Source of the DNA: Diplonema japonicum
Lineage: Eukaryota > Protista > Euglenozoa: Diplonemea
Assembly (NCBI GenBank): GCA_964019335.1
Contig: OZ025703.1
Location: 124,001 to 188,000 of the forward strand
Reading direction: 5' to 3'
Length of the DNA stretch: 64,000 nt
Shown: in pieces, positions 24,246 through 34,961 of the stretch
How the letters are laid out: every line of letters starts with the position of its first letter
How positions within the stretch are numbered: position 1 is the first letter of the stretch
Translations under genes and position numbers: made by a program
Notes under the pieces: generated by a model
Seen by the model: only the letters and a program-made list of their open reading frames with translations
Databases searched by the model: none
Told to the model about the DNA's origin: nothing

Positions 24246-26931
24246 ATGGGGTGCTGCGCGAGTACGAAAAAACCAGGGGCCAACAAACCAAATGGCCTTA
24301 GAAGACTAATGTCGCACACAGGGATCATGGACGAGGAGGCGCCGAGTACAACGGCACCGAAACTGGACTTGAAAAGGGAAGGGGTGGAGGAAATCATCGT
24401 GAAACTGGTGGACGTGATGCAAGGCGAGCAGCTGGTCATCAACGACAGAATCCCTGTGGAAGACAGGGACTCAAGGCTGTTCTTGTACGAGCAGCTCTTA
24501 CTCACCATGCGGGAGGTCGCGCATGTTCTAAACGAACAGTTCTTCCTTGGCGTGAAGCAACTCCCACCCTCGCAGGTAATGGACCTCATCGCTGCAGCAC
24601 GAAACAGAGCCACACCAATAGGCCCTGTTGAAATACCGGTCCCTACAGTTCGTAAGGCACCACCCTCCCCGGTTTTCAAAAAGAGAGCCGAGCTCATGAC
24701 GGAATGGATAAAAATCTCTGTGAAAACAGAAACCGACGACCTAAAATCTCCGGAAATCCCGTACTTAAGCATGATGAAGTACCACGCTACCGTGAAGTTT
24801 TGCACGCCTGTTCATCAGATTGTAATGGATAAGCCTACCGCAAACACGTACTCGTATATGGATTTATGCCATTCAAGTATAATCTATGAAAATAAAAAAC
24901 TCGCAAACATTCGAGAAGTGTATAAACAAGCATGTCCCAGTGGTATGATGACGGCCAAGGAACTCGCAGCCGGCGCGAAAATCGATGTAACAGTGGCGAA
25001 GAAAACATTTCATGACGTTCTTGTCGATCAGGACCTGCTGACTAAGCAGTCCAACCATTGGAGCTTCCGAGAGTTTTGCATGTACCTCCTCGGTTCACGA
25101 AACAGTATTCTATCCCCTGAAAAGACGGAAACCGTTTATCAAAACATGAACCTCCCGATTCAAAACTATATTATAAACACATCGACATGTTCTTGGCTTA
25201 TAAACCGCGACCAGCTGACTTCGGACTCTTCCGTTGATATGCTTAAAAATATTTTGCTCGAAGGATGTAGAGCGATTGAGCTGGACTGCAATGACGGTGA
25301 CAACGGTGAGCCAACTGTCCGGCTCTCATGGACCAAAAACAAACCGTTGTTGTTGAAGGACTGTTTGGAAGCAATCGCGGAGACCGCATTTGAAACGACG
25401 GAGTACCCGCTTATCCTGTCGCTTAGATTGCATTTTGGAGCACAACCTGATGCACGGCTTCAGATGGAAAAATCTGCCGGGTACATTACAAAATATTTAG
25501 GGCCTTACCTAGCGTCATGGAAAGATTCTCTTGAACCACCTGAACCAGCGACGGCAACACCAAACGGGTTGAAGAAAAAGATATTAATAGAAAGCGAGAA
25601 GCGTTGGCATGAAATTGCGAAACCCCTGCGAGACAGGGAACGCTCCCACAGCCACAACGGTGTCGTTGCCAACAACACCGCTACCCCTACATCCCCAACA
25701 CTCACCGTGGATCTGGGCATCATGGTGTCCAATATAAAAGCAAACATCGGGGTTAAAATTGTCGCGGTTGCCGAAAACAGCCCGGTACAGCTCGCAGGCA
25801 TCACTGAAGGAATGTTTATCGAAGCTGTGGGAACAACCAAGGTGGCCACAGCTGAACAGCTGAGAGCAGCATTGGGAAGTGGTCAGACCGACGAGATACG
25901 ACTGACCGTGGACCAACGTGAGGTGAAGGTTATCATCACAAAAGAAGAACCCACTCCTAAAATATGCTCCGCACCGGTACCTGCGAATTCCCCTGTTATA
26001 CCTCCGGATTTGGATGGAAACCATTTTCCGACGCAAAGTAGTTTTAACGACGATGGGGGCCTTAACGACTCCACCGATGATGAGAAACCCGAGATTTTAC
26101 GAAAATGTAAGGCAACTGAGATCCTCGCCAGGCAGAAGGCAGGCGGGCGGTACAAGAAGCTTCCGGTTTCAAAGGAGCTTTCCTCTCTAGCATTTCTCAA
26201 GAAATCCGTCAAGCGATCGATCACACGAAGCGGGCAGTGGTGGGAAACACTCAACACAACCACTAAAAGTGTCGAAGACAGTGACCCTTCCCTTCTCAAC
26301 GAGATTTCAAGCACCCAGATTATCCACATCAACCCTCCTAGATCAGCGCTGTCGTCTGAAAACATACCCCCATGCGCTTTGTGGGACAATGGCGTGCAGA
26401 TGGTGGGAGCGTTCCACCACAGCCCAGACGAAAATCTCGAACTCCAAAAAGCTCAGTTCCTCGACAACGGCCGGGCAGGGTGGGTGCAGAAAAAACCGTT
26501 TTTCCCCGATGGTGCCAAGCTGGACTTTTCAATTCAAGTGCACTGTCTTACACAACTTCCTTATTCGCTTGGAGACGATGTGGAAGGGTACTTTGTAAAG
26601 TGTCGGGTAAATTCGGAAGAGTTTGGTGAAACAGGGCCTTCGGAATATTGCAGCTGGGATAAAACTATTGAAGTCAAGATTGCCCTGCAGGCTAGACAGG
26701 TATGGAGGAGGGAGAAATTTCAAAAAAGAAAAAAAAAAAAAAAAAAAAAAAAAAAAACAGTTTCTTACCCTTTCTGTTTGTTGTGAAAGCCGTCCTTCTA
26801 ATATCGTGGCGAGGTCAATAATACCCGTCCACTTGCTCCGGGGTGGGTTACGGTGTTTCCCCGTTTCTTTTCCAGACAGTTTGGAGGCTGCAGAGGCAAA
26901 ATTGCTTTGCACTGTAGACATCCGAGAGTGA
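24246..26931 (+). CDS. PI-PLC-like protein (dual-acylated N-terminus, degenerate X box, PDZ insert, degenerate Y box, C2); intron 26700-26760
   Basis: MGCC N-terminus; YQNMNLPIQNYIIN, DQL..SS, GCRAIELDCNDG, AF...YPLILSL; LSSENI..LWDNGVQMV, QFLDNGRAGWVQK; C2 tail IPVHLLRGGLRCFP restored by splicing. Confidence 0.88.
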
Positions 26932-27692
26932 TAAGCTTTCTGTTTCTTTTTTTTTTTTTTGGGTTCCCTCCGACTAAAATGAAAGAATTTTTTTTTTGAC
27001 ATTTTTTTTTTTATTCATACATACCCCCTTTCTGTGAGTGAAAGGGGAGAAGGAAAAAAAAAAAAAAAAAAAAAAACCTAGTTTTTTATTCTTCCCCCTC
27101 TCCCCTTTTTAAAAAAAATAGAAATGGAAAGAACACTGGAAGAAAAAAAAAAAAAAAAAAAAAAAAAGCACGAGCGAGTTCACCACGAGGGCATAAAGGC
27201 CTAACTTTGTCAGATCAATGTAAACTCATCGATTGCCTGCACTTTTTGCGCTCTTTTTCCGAAGAAGAAAGGTTCACTTGATGTGTGCTGTCCACTTTTT
27301 CTCTCCATTGTGTTTTGTTCATTTGTTTTAGCCTCCTTTTTTTTTTCCAATGTTTCATTTCACCCCCCCCCCTTTTTTTAACTGTAACAAAAACAAAAAA
27401 AAGGCGAGCTCAGTGATGCAACAGTCAACATAGTAGTCCTTTAGTCCTTTTCTTCAAAGTGTTTTTACCCCCTCCTTTTTTTTTTCCTATCTTTCTCACT
27501 TTCTTGTCCCCCCAACCACCTCCCGACTTCTTATTCTTCTTTTTTTTTTTTTTTTTCTTCTTTTTTTTAAAAAAAAAATTCCGTGATTGTTTGGGCTTTT
27601 TATTCTTTTTTTTAAAAACTGTCATGGCGAAAAAAAAAAAAAAAAAAAAAGTGGGGAGAGGAAGGAGGGGGAAAAAAAAAGAGAAAAAAAAA

Positions 27693-28893
27693 ATGTTTCA
27701 AGAAGAGAGGTTTGCAGATATGGAGGTGGACTTTGAGAGGGCGTTACCACCAGTATGGGCCAAAAAAAAAAATTTTTTTTTTAAAAAGAATATAAAAAAA
27801 AAAAAAAAAAAAAAAAAACAGGAACAAGTATCAAAACGAAATATCTGTTTCGACTACCAAAGCGGGAACTGCACGAGGGGGAACCTGTGCCCGTACAAAC
27901 ACAGTTTCACAAACAGAAGCAAGACACAGGACGAGGTATGCAAGTACTGGTTGCGAGGACTGTGCAAGATGGGCGTTGACTGCGAGTTCATCCACGAGTA
28001 CCAGATGACAAAAATACCGGAGTGCTTTTACTACCAAAGGTTCGGTGAGTGCAGCAACCCCGAGTGCGTCTTCCGTCACGTCTCAATGGACGATAAAGTC
28101 CCAGAGTGTGCCGCGTACCAAAGGGGCTTCTGCCGGTACGGTCCAAGGTGCAGGTTAAAACACGTTTTCCGCGAAGCGTGCCCCAACTACATGGCAGGAT
28201 TGTGCATTGAAGGTTCAAAGTGCAAACTAGGACACCCCAGCCTTAAACGCGTCACTGAAGAGGAAATCCGAGGCAGGCTAGCAAGAGGCGAAGCCATCGA
28301 GGAAGCAGGAGTGGAAGCATTGCAAAACCCGACAGGCGTGATTTGCCATAAATGCGGAGAGGTATTTTTTTTTTTTTTTTTTTTTTTTTTGGGGGGAAAA
28401 AAAAAAAAAAAAAAAAAAAAAAAAGCCTGGTCATATCGCACCTGAGTGCACGCAGCACGGGGGTATGAACAAGGTGCAGCGGGTCATGATTGAGATTATG
28501 CAAACCGTTCAGGAGCCCAACGGTGTTGGTTGTTACCATTGTGCTGAGGAGGACCATTTGTCGCACGAGTGTCCCAAGAAAAGGGAACGGTACATGCAGA
28601 ACAGGGAAGGCTTTCAAAACGCCCGAGGCGACTTCAACGCGGAGGAGCGACAACGTCCTCGGTGCTTCCGATGCGGGGAGGAAGGGCACATCAACCGCGA
28701 CTGCCCTCTCGTCCTTGCAGAGCGAGCAAAGGGGCTCATCCCCAACATGGGTACTCGCCCCGCTCCGGCAGCACCTCCTCGTCCTATATTATCCGAAGGC
28801 CCTCGCGCTGAAGGAGCAGCAGCTGGAACCTTCTACACCCCGCCTGCCTACACCAATCCTGCGAATATACCCGCGCCTCCAGGAATGCGTTGA
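27693..28893 (+). CDS. CPSF4: Cleavage and polyadenylation specificity factor 30 kDa (5 CCCH + 3 CCHC); introns 27753-27821 and 28362-28425
   Basis: VCKYWLRGLCKMG..CEFIHEY..TKIPEC.YY..FGECSNPEC.FRH signature. Splicing restores the knuckle CHKCGE|PGHIAPEC. Confidence 0.95.
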
Positions 28894-29080
28894 TGAAAAG
28901 TTGAGTTATAAGAGAGACAGTGTGTTCTTTAAGAAAAAAAAAGATTTTTTTTTCCCCATAGTTTTTTTTTTTTTTTTTTTTTTTTTTCTACGCACAAAAA
29001 AAAGAGGAAAAAAAATAAGGAGAAAAAAAGAAGAAGAAAAAAAGGAGAAAAAAAAACACAACGGCAAACCTATTCTCCCG

Positions 29081-31675
29081 ATGGCGGTCCCAACGGGGAC
29101 GACGGATGGAGACCCACCCGCCCCTGCTAAGAAATCGAAGACCGGTGGACGGTGCAGGACAAGGGAGGCGAAACGGAGATACCTGCTGAAATCGAAGGTG
29201 GTGAACGTCACCAACGAAGAACAAGAACGCCAAAAAAAAAGGGTGGCGCAGCTGGAGAAGGAACTGGAAAGGGCGAAGGAGCTGCTGACCGCAATGGACG
29301 AGGCTCTCGAGGTGAAAAACCTGGCTCTAGTGGAAGACGAGGCGAGCAGCACACCACCACAATCCATCCTCCCAGATCTAGAAGAAACGGAAGAACACCC
29401 CGCACCCGTCCAATCGATGGTCTTCCGAGACAACTGTGATCTACCACCAATCACCTATCAAAACTGGATTGACGATGATGACGACGATGAATTCCCTGCA
29501 TTCCCTTGCCCGGTGCTTGACATCGAACCAAATCTTCCGGACTCCGACGATGGAGGACAGCAAGCATGCCAACCTCTGGAACGTCCGCTCGACCAGCTAA
29601 TCGTCGGGATCATTGGCCACGTTGCTCACGGAAAATCCAGCGTTGTCAAAATGCTCACAGGGAAGTCCACCATGGTCTTCCGCGAGGAACGCCTGGCAAA
29701 CTCCACCATCAAGCTAGGGTACGCCGATGCGTGTATATACAGATCATTGCACACGCTTCGCGGGAGGAGAAGGTACTTCATGCAAGGAGGGTCTGTGGTG
29801 GACACGAACCCAAAACATCCCGAAACAGACGAAGCGTGCGAATTCGTCCGGAAAATCTCATTTGTAGACTGTCCCGGCCACGACAAGTACATCGACATCA
29901 TGATAGCAGGTGCTGCCGTTATGGATGCCGCATTGGTGGTGGTTGCCGCGAACGAGGATTTCCCGCAACCGCAAATGATGGAACATTTGCAAGCTATCCG
30001 GCAAGCGTCCATCCGTTCTGACCAGATTGTTGTTGTTCACAATAAAGTTGATCTTGTGGGCCCCACCGCTGTTGAACACTTGCCTTCAATACGGAGTCTT
30101 GTCGGTCAAGACGCAGCGGTCGTTCCTTGCTGTGCTGTTCAGTCGGGCAATAAGGAAAGTATTATTGAAGCCCTTGTTCACCTCGACTCCCCTGAACGGG
30201 ATACGACGTCTTCCACGGTGCTCCAGATCATCCGCTCTTTTGATATTAACAAAAAGGGTAAGTCTACATCGCTTGGCGGTGTTCTTGGCGGTGCGGTTTT
30301 AAAGGGTCATTTGAAGCTCAACGACACTATCACGCTGTACCCCGGCCTGCGGCAGGACAACGGTGTTTACAACCCCATCAAAGCCAAAATCGTGTCGTTG
30401 ACATCGGAGGGCATTTCTGTTACAGAAGCCCGTCCTGGGGCTTTGATCGGTGTTGGAACCAATATCCCCGCGAATCTTTCGCAAGCTGACAGGTTGGTCG
30501 GGCAGATCGGTGGTATTCTAGGTGAGACAGTCGAGGTTTTCACGAACAAAATGCAAATCATCGAAATCGACCGCAGGAGAGACACGAAAGGGATAAAGGT
30601 GAAGCGACACAAAAACGGGGAATACGCGCTGTTAATGGCAGGTCCGACAAAAATCGTGGCGAAGGTGGTGCATTTTGGAAAGCACGCGCTTGAAATCGTC
30701 CTTTCCAAAGCGGTAGCTGTCACGCCAATGCAACGTGTGGCGATCTCTCGAAAGGATTCCACCGGCTGGCGTATTGTAGCCTGGGGAACTATCAAGACTT
30801 CAATGGCCTTACCGACACCTTATTTGAAGTACGACCAAGTAAACCCATCGAGAAAGCACCAGTACGTCTCCTCGGAAAATGCTTTACAAGCGTTCTATCG
30901 AAGCGAAATTGAAGATGATCCGTCACTGTCTGATTTCAACGGAGACTTAAAGACAAGACATCCTGTTGCGGAACCCATTCCATCTTTACCGGTTCATATG
31001 CATTCGGTTCCTTCAAATGAAATATTTAACGTGTACACGGATTCTGATGATGGTGACGAGGCAGGTTTGAAGAAACGGTTCAAAAAGAAAAGGAAGAAGA
31101 TCAAAGTCCGGCCTGCAGCTTCTGACTCCGACGTGGAGCCCGTTCCTCTTCAGGGTGATGCGGCGTATGCTGGGTTACTTTATCAAGCTTTGGATAATAT
31201 TACTGTGAAAGATGCGTTGGCTAAACCTTTCCGACTACCGCCACCAAGGGTAATCAAATTAACAAGGCATTGCGTTGGCATTGCAAATTTCGACGCGATT
31301 GTGAAAAATTTAAACCGGTCGCAGGAGCATATCCGGACGTTTATAGGAGTGGAGCTGTCTACCACTACCTCTGTTGACCAAAATGGGTGTCTTATTCTAG
31401 GGAAGAACTTCAAGTCCAGCAACGTTGAGGTTGTACTCAGAAAGTACGCGTGGCTGTACGTTATTTGCCTCATGTGTAGTTCTGGGACGAATCTTGAACG
31501 GGCTGATCGTGGAATCTTTGAATTGCAGTGTCCTAAATGTCTCGCCATCCGCTCTGTCCCAGCACAACAGGCTACTTTGTACGCCCCTGCGACGAAAAAA
31601 AGCAGAAGGCGGGTGAGGGATGAGTTGCGTAAGGCAACGGACACGGAAGAGAAACCAAAAGAGAAGAAGAAGTAA
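29081..31675 (+). CDS. Single-chain fusion of eIF2gamma (GTPase, domains II and III) and eIF2beta (K-box, core, Zn ribbon), 864 aa
   Basis: GIIGHVAHGKS, TIKLGYAD, SFVDCPGHD, AVMDAAL, NKVD, IIRSFDINK, GGVLGG, PGALIGVGT, WRIVAWGTI (gamma); KKRFKKKRKK, YAGLL, LPPPRV, ANFDAIVKNLNRSQEHI..F...EL, YVICLMC...CPKC...RSV (beta). No stop or intron between them. Confidence 0.9.
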   Translation: MAVPTGTTDGDPPAPAKKSKTGGRCRTREAKRRYLLKSKVVNVTNEEQERQKKRVAQLEKELERAKELLTAMDEALEVKNLALVEDEASSTPPQSILPDLEETEEHPAPVQSMVFRDNCDLPPITYQNWIDDDDDDEFPAFPCPVLDIEPNLPDSDDGGQQACQPLERPLDQLIVGIIGHVAHGKSSVVKMLTGKSTMVFREERLANSTIKLGYADACIYRSLHTLRGRRRYFMQGGSVVDTNPKHPETDEACEFVRKISFVDCPGHDKYIDIMIAGAAVMDAALVVVAANEDFPQPQMMEHLQAIRQASIRSDQIVVVHNKVDLVGPTAVEHLPSIRSLVGQDAAVVPCCAVQSGNKESIIEALVHLDSPERDTTSSTVLQIIRSFDINKKGKSTSLGGVLGGAVLKGHLKLNDTITLYPGLRQDNGVYNPIKAKIVSLTSEGISVTEARPGALIGVGTNIPANLSQADRLVGQIGGILGETVEVFTNKMQIIEIDRRRDTKGIKVKRHKNGEYALLMAGPTKIVAKVVHFGKHALEIVLSKAVAVTPMQRVAISRKDSTGWRIVAWGTIKTSMALPTPYLKYDQVNPSRKHQYVSSENALQAFYRSEIEDDPSLSDFNGDLKTRHPVAEPIPSLPVHMHSVPSNEIFNVYTDSDDGDEAGLKKRFKKKRKKIKVRPAASDSDVEPVPLQGDAAYAGLLYQALDNITVKDALAKPFRLPPPRVIKLTRHCVGIANFDAIVKNLNRSQEHIRTFIGVELSTTTSVDQNGCLILGKNFKSSNVEVVLRKYAWLYVICLMCSSGTNLERADRGIFELQCPKCLAIRSVPAQQATLYAPATKKSRRRVRDELRKATDTEEKPKEKKK

Positions 31676-31684
31676 ACTGGGAGG

Positions 31685-31715
<31 letters not shown>

Positions 31716-32459
31716 CATATCCACGTCCTCTTTTTGCGGCATTTTCTTTTTGATCTGCGAAAGAATTGTGGGAAGTTTTTTTTTTTTTCTTTTTTTTTTC
31801 TTTTAAAGGAGGAATGAAACTAGCCAAAGAAAAAAAGAAAAAAAAAAACTAAGAAAAAAAAAATAAGATGAAGGAATGTAGACATGCTAGACAAGGAACC
31901 TCTTAGGTAATTATTTCACAAAACGAAGGGGGGGAAATATTATAACTTGCCCATTTTTTTCACTCTTTCCCCCCCCCCCCTCCAAATGTGGGCGAATCTT
32001 CCTATCCTGATTTCCCCATTCTTTTCCCTTGCATAGGACTCCTAAAGCGAATACGGAGAAGAAAGAGGTGACCAACGACACCGCATGTCCATTTTCTTGT
32101 GGTTTTTTTCCCCCCCCTTTTTTTTTTAAAATTTCCTTCCCCCTCCTCAGCGACGGACTCCCGGTGACGGTAGCAGACTGCAACTGAGTTAAAAAGAAGT
32201 ACATGACAACGCAATAAAGAAAAAAGAACCATAGAAAGGCAAGAAAACCAGTTTAAAAAAAAAAAAACGTACCCACCTCTCTTTACAATGGAGGAAGGTC
32301 ATCTAATAGTGACGGTTATACAAATAAATTCACATGCCCAGACAGCAGACGATGTCCCCCCCCCTTTTTTTTCTCTTTTACAGTTTTTTCCTCCTTGCAC
32401 ATCGCCTACTTGTACCATGTATGACCAACCACCAACACAACTAGCTACATACAAATAAA

Positions 32460-34112
32460 ATGAGGTCTGCCATGTTCATGGCCCTGGTGGCTGCGTCCGC
32501 CGGGTCGCTCGTGGAGGTCCACGAGCCCTCGATGATCCCTTCGGGGTGGAGGGCCATCTCCGAGAAGGTGAACGCTGACGGGAAGTTCCGTGTCACCGTG
32601 GGTGTGAAGAGGTCTAACAAGGCTGCTCTTGACAAGATCTTCTCTGAGGTGTCCAACCCCCAGAGCGCTAACTACCTGCAGTACCCTTCCTACGCCGAGA
32701 TGGGTGACATTGTGAGGCCCTCTGCTGAGCACACCAGGATTGTGAAGGAATGGCTCAGCACCAACGGTGTCGAGGTGACCAAGGTGCACCCCCACGGGGA
32801 CTACATCCACGCCGAGGCCACCGTTGCCCAGATCCAGAAGATGGCCAACGGTGAGTTCATGACCTACGAGCACACCAGCGGTGCCAAGATCTGGCGTCTC
32901 ACCAGCGGTGTCCGCGTGCCTGCTGTGGTTGCCGCCGCCATCGACACTTTCGCTGGGTTCCACGGTTTCCCCCTCAACCCCATTGTTGTTGACAAGAAGC
33001 TGAAGGAGAAGCTCCAGGCCGCTGGTAAGGTCGACCCTGCCGTTTTCAGGAAGACCTACAACGTGACTGCTGTCCCCAAGACCGGCAAGCAGAACATCCA
33101 GGCCATCGCCCAGTTCCAGGGCCAGTACGTCGATGACAAGGACCTCGCTGACTTCTGCACCAAGTACGACGCGGGCTCCGACTGCAAGATCTCCAAGTAC
33201 ATCGGGAAGAACGAGCAGCAGCCGGGCATCGAGTCCATGCTCGACACCGAGTACATCATGTCCCTCAGCAACACCGCCGAGACCTGGGTGTACTCCTACC
33301 CCAACTTCGACTTCTGCGCGGACCTTGGTACCTTCGGGTCCGATGTGACCGGCGAGTCGACCTTCCCGTACAGCATCAGCATCAGCTACGGGAGCCAGAA
33401 GATCGACTACTGCTCGAAGACCATCACGACCCGTCTCTCCGACGACATCCAGAAGATGGGGACCATGGGGATCACCGTCATGATCTCCTCTGGTGACGAC
33501 GGCAGTGGTGGCGAGACCAGGCAGGGCAGCAACGGTGGCAAGCTGTCGCCCTCGTTCCCCGCATCCATCCCCACCTGCGTCGCTGTGGGGTCCACCTACT
33601 GGCTCGAGGGTACCACCGGTGAGCAGCAGGCGACCACCCAGTTCGGGTCGGGCGGTGGCTTCTCGTACGACTTCCCCGTCCCCAGCTACCAGGGCCAGCA
33701 GGTGCAGAGCTACATGTCCAACGTGAAGAAGCCCAACTCTCAGTACGCCACTGGTAGGGGTACCCCTGATGTGTCCACCCTTGGTGAGTCCTTCACTGTT
33801 GTTGAGGGTGGCTCCGCCATCGCTGTCGGTGGAACCTCGTGCAGCTCCCCTTCGTTCGCTGGTCTCGTGACCCTCCTGAACGAGGCTTGCATTGCCGAGA
33901 GCGGCAAGACCCTTGGGTTCGCCAACCCTCTGTTCTACCAGAACCCCCACATGTTCACCGACATCGTGAAGGGCACCAACGCCATCGGGGAGAACAGGGC
34001 CGCCGGTTGGGAGGCCATCAAGGGTTGGGATGCGTCCACCGGTCTCGGGACACCCAACTTCGGCTACATGCTGACCGTCGTTAAGAACGCCTGCAAGAAC
34101 GCCGCGCACTAA
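32460..34112 (+). CDS. Secreted/lysosomal sedolisin (S53, tripeptidyl-peptidase I-like)
   Basis: Signal peptide, pro-domain (EVSNPQSANYLQY), ExxLD, SSGDDG, GGTSCSSP, DIVKGTN and GWDASTGLGTPN motifs; very high GC3. Confidence 0.93.
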   Translation: MRSAMFMALVAASAGSLVEVHEPSMIPSGWRAISEKVNADGKFRVTVGVKRSNKAALDKIFSEVSNPQSANYLQYPSYAEMGDIVRPSAEHTRIVKEWLSTNGVEVTKVHPHGDYIHAEATVAQIQKMANGEFMTYEHTSGAKIWRLTSGVRVPAVVAAAIDTFAGFHGFPLNPIVVDKKLKEKLQAAGKVDPAVFRKTYNVTAVPKTGKQNIQAIAQFQGQYVDDKDLADFCTKYDAGSDCKISKYIGKNEQQPGIESMLDTEYIMSLSNTAETWVYSYPNFDFCADLGTFGSDVTGESTFPYSISISYGSQKIDYCSKTITTRLSDDIQKMGTMGITVMISSGDDGSGGETRQGSNGGKLSPSFPASIPTCVAVGSTYWLEGTTGEQQATTQFGSGGGFSYDFPVPSYQGQQVQSYMSNVKKPNSQYATGRGTPDVSTLGESFTVVEGGSAIAVGGTSCSSPSFAGLVTLLNEACIAESGKTLGFANPLFYQNPHMFTDIVKGTNAIGENRAAGWEAIKGWDASTGLGTPNFGYMLTVVKNACKNAAH

Positions 34113-34961
34113 GCAGTGCAGCCCATCTTGTGGGTCTTTTTTACTTTGACCCTCCCCTTCCCACCCTCCCCCCTTTTTTTTTAACTCGGAAAAAAGAAAA
34201 ACGATCGTGTAACAAAAAGAAAAACAATACTTAATATCTTAACACAAGCGTGGTTGTGCTGTTTCCTCGTTTTTATTTTTTTTATTTTAGCTCTCTGGAG
34301 ATGAAAAAACCAAAGGGGAAAGGGGGGGGACACACGCCCCCCCTTTTTTTATTCTTTTGCTTTTTCATCGCCTTCTCCCCCAACTCCAAATTTCTTTTAT
34401 TTTATCCTTCCCCCTTTTTTTTTCTATTCTTCAAAGTACAACTACTGTCTAGCCAACACAAAAGGTAAGATGTAAAACCGTAACATTGTGATGCAAGCAC
34501 TGCACCTGTAGGCACACGGCGACGGTTCATAGGCATCGTGTTCGCTGGCGACATAAGCACTGTACTAAGCAGGGCACACACAGGCACACGGCAGGCAGCG
34601 GTTCATAGGCATCGCGGCAAGGCAAGGCAAGGCACGGCACGGGCAGGGAAACCGCTGCTGGCACACATGAAACAAAACGACCGAAACGGCGACGAGAAGA
34701 AAAAGGGGAAAGAAGAAGAAGAAGAAAAAAGAAAAATCCTCCCCCTCCTAGAGATGAAACCCTTTTACAATTTACGCGAGTCAATTAAAAAAAAAAAAAA
34801 AAAAGAATATAATAAAAAAAAAAAGAAAGACCCCCACACATAGTATTCGTTTCAACGAAGACAAACATACGTACGCACCACGCAGTCTTTAACACGCGTT
34901 TTCGCTGCAGCCAAAACAGCCACCCTAAACAACTATCTACGACCAGGTCAATAAGCACACT

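Noticed and set aside
28490-29080. N-terminal extension making the eIF2 fusion 1061 aa
   Set aside because: Overlaps CPSF30 in another frame and crosses poly-F/poly-K intergenic homopolymer; ATG 29081 is the plausible start.
32445-34109. 554-aa antisense ORF
   Set aside because: In-register shadow of the codon-biased sedolisin gene; no recognisable motifs.
34500-34670. Short direct repeats (GGCACACGGC...GGTTCATAGGCATCG) upstream of the CCCH gene as a promoter or ncRNA
   Set aside because: Only two copies, and no structure or motif I can assign.
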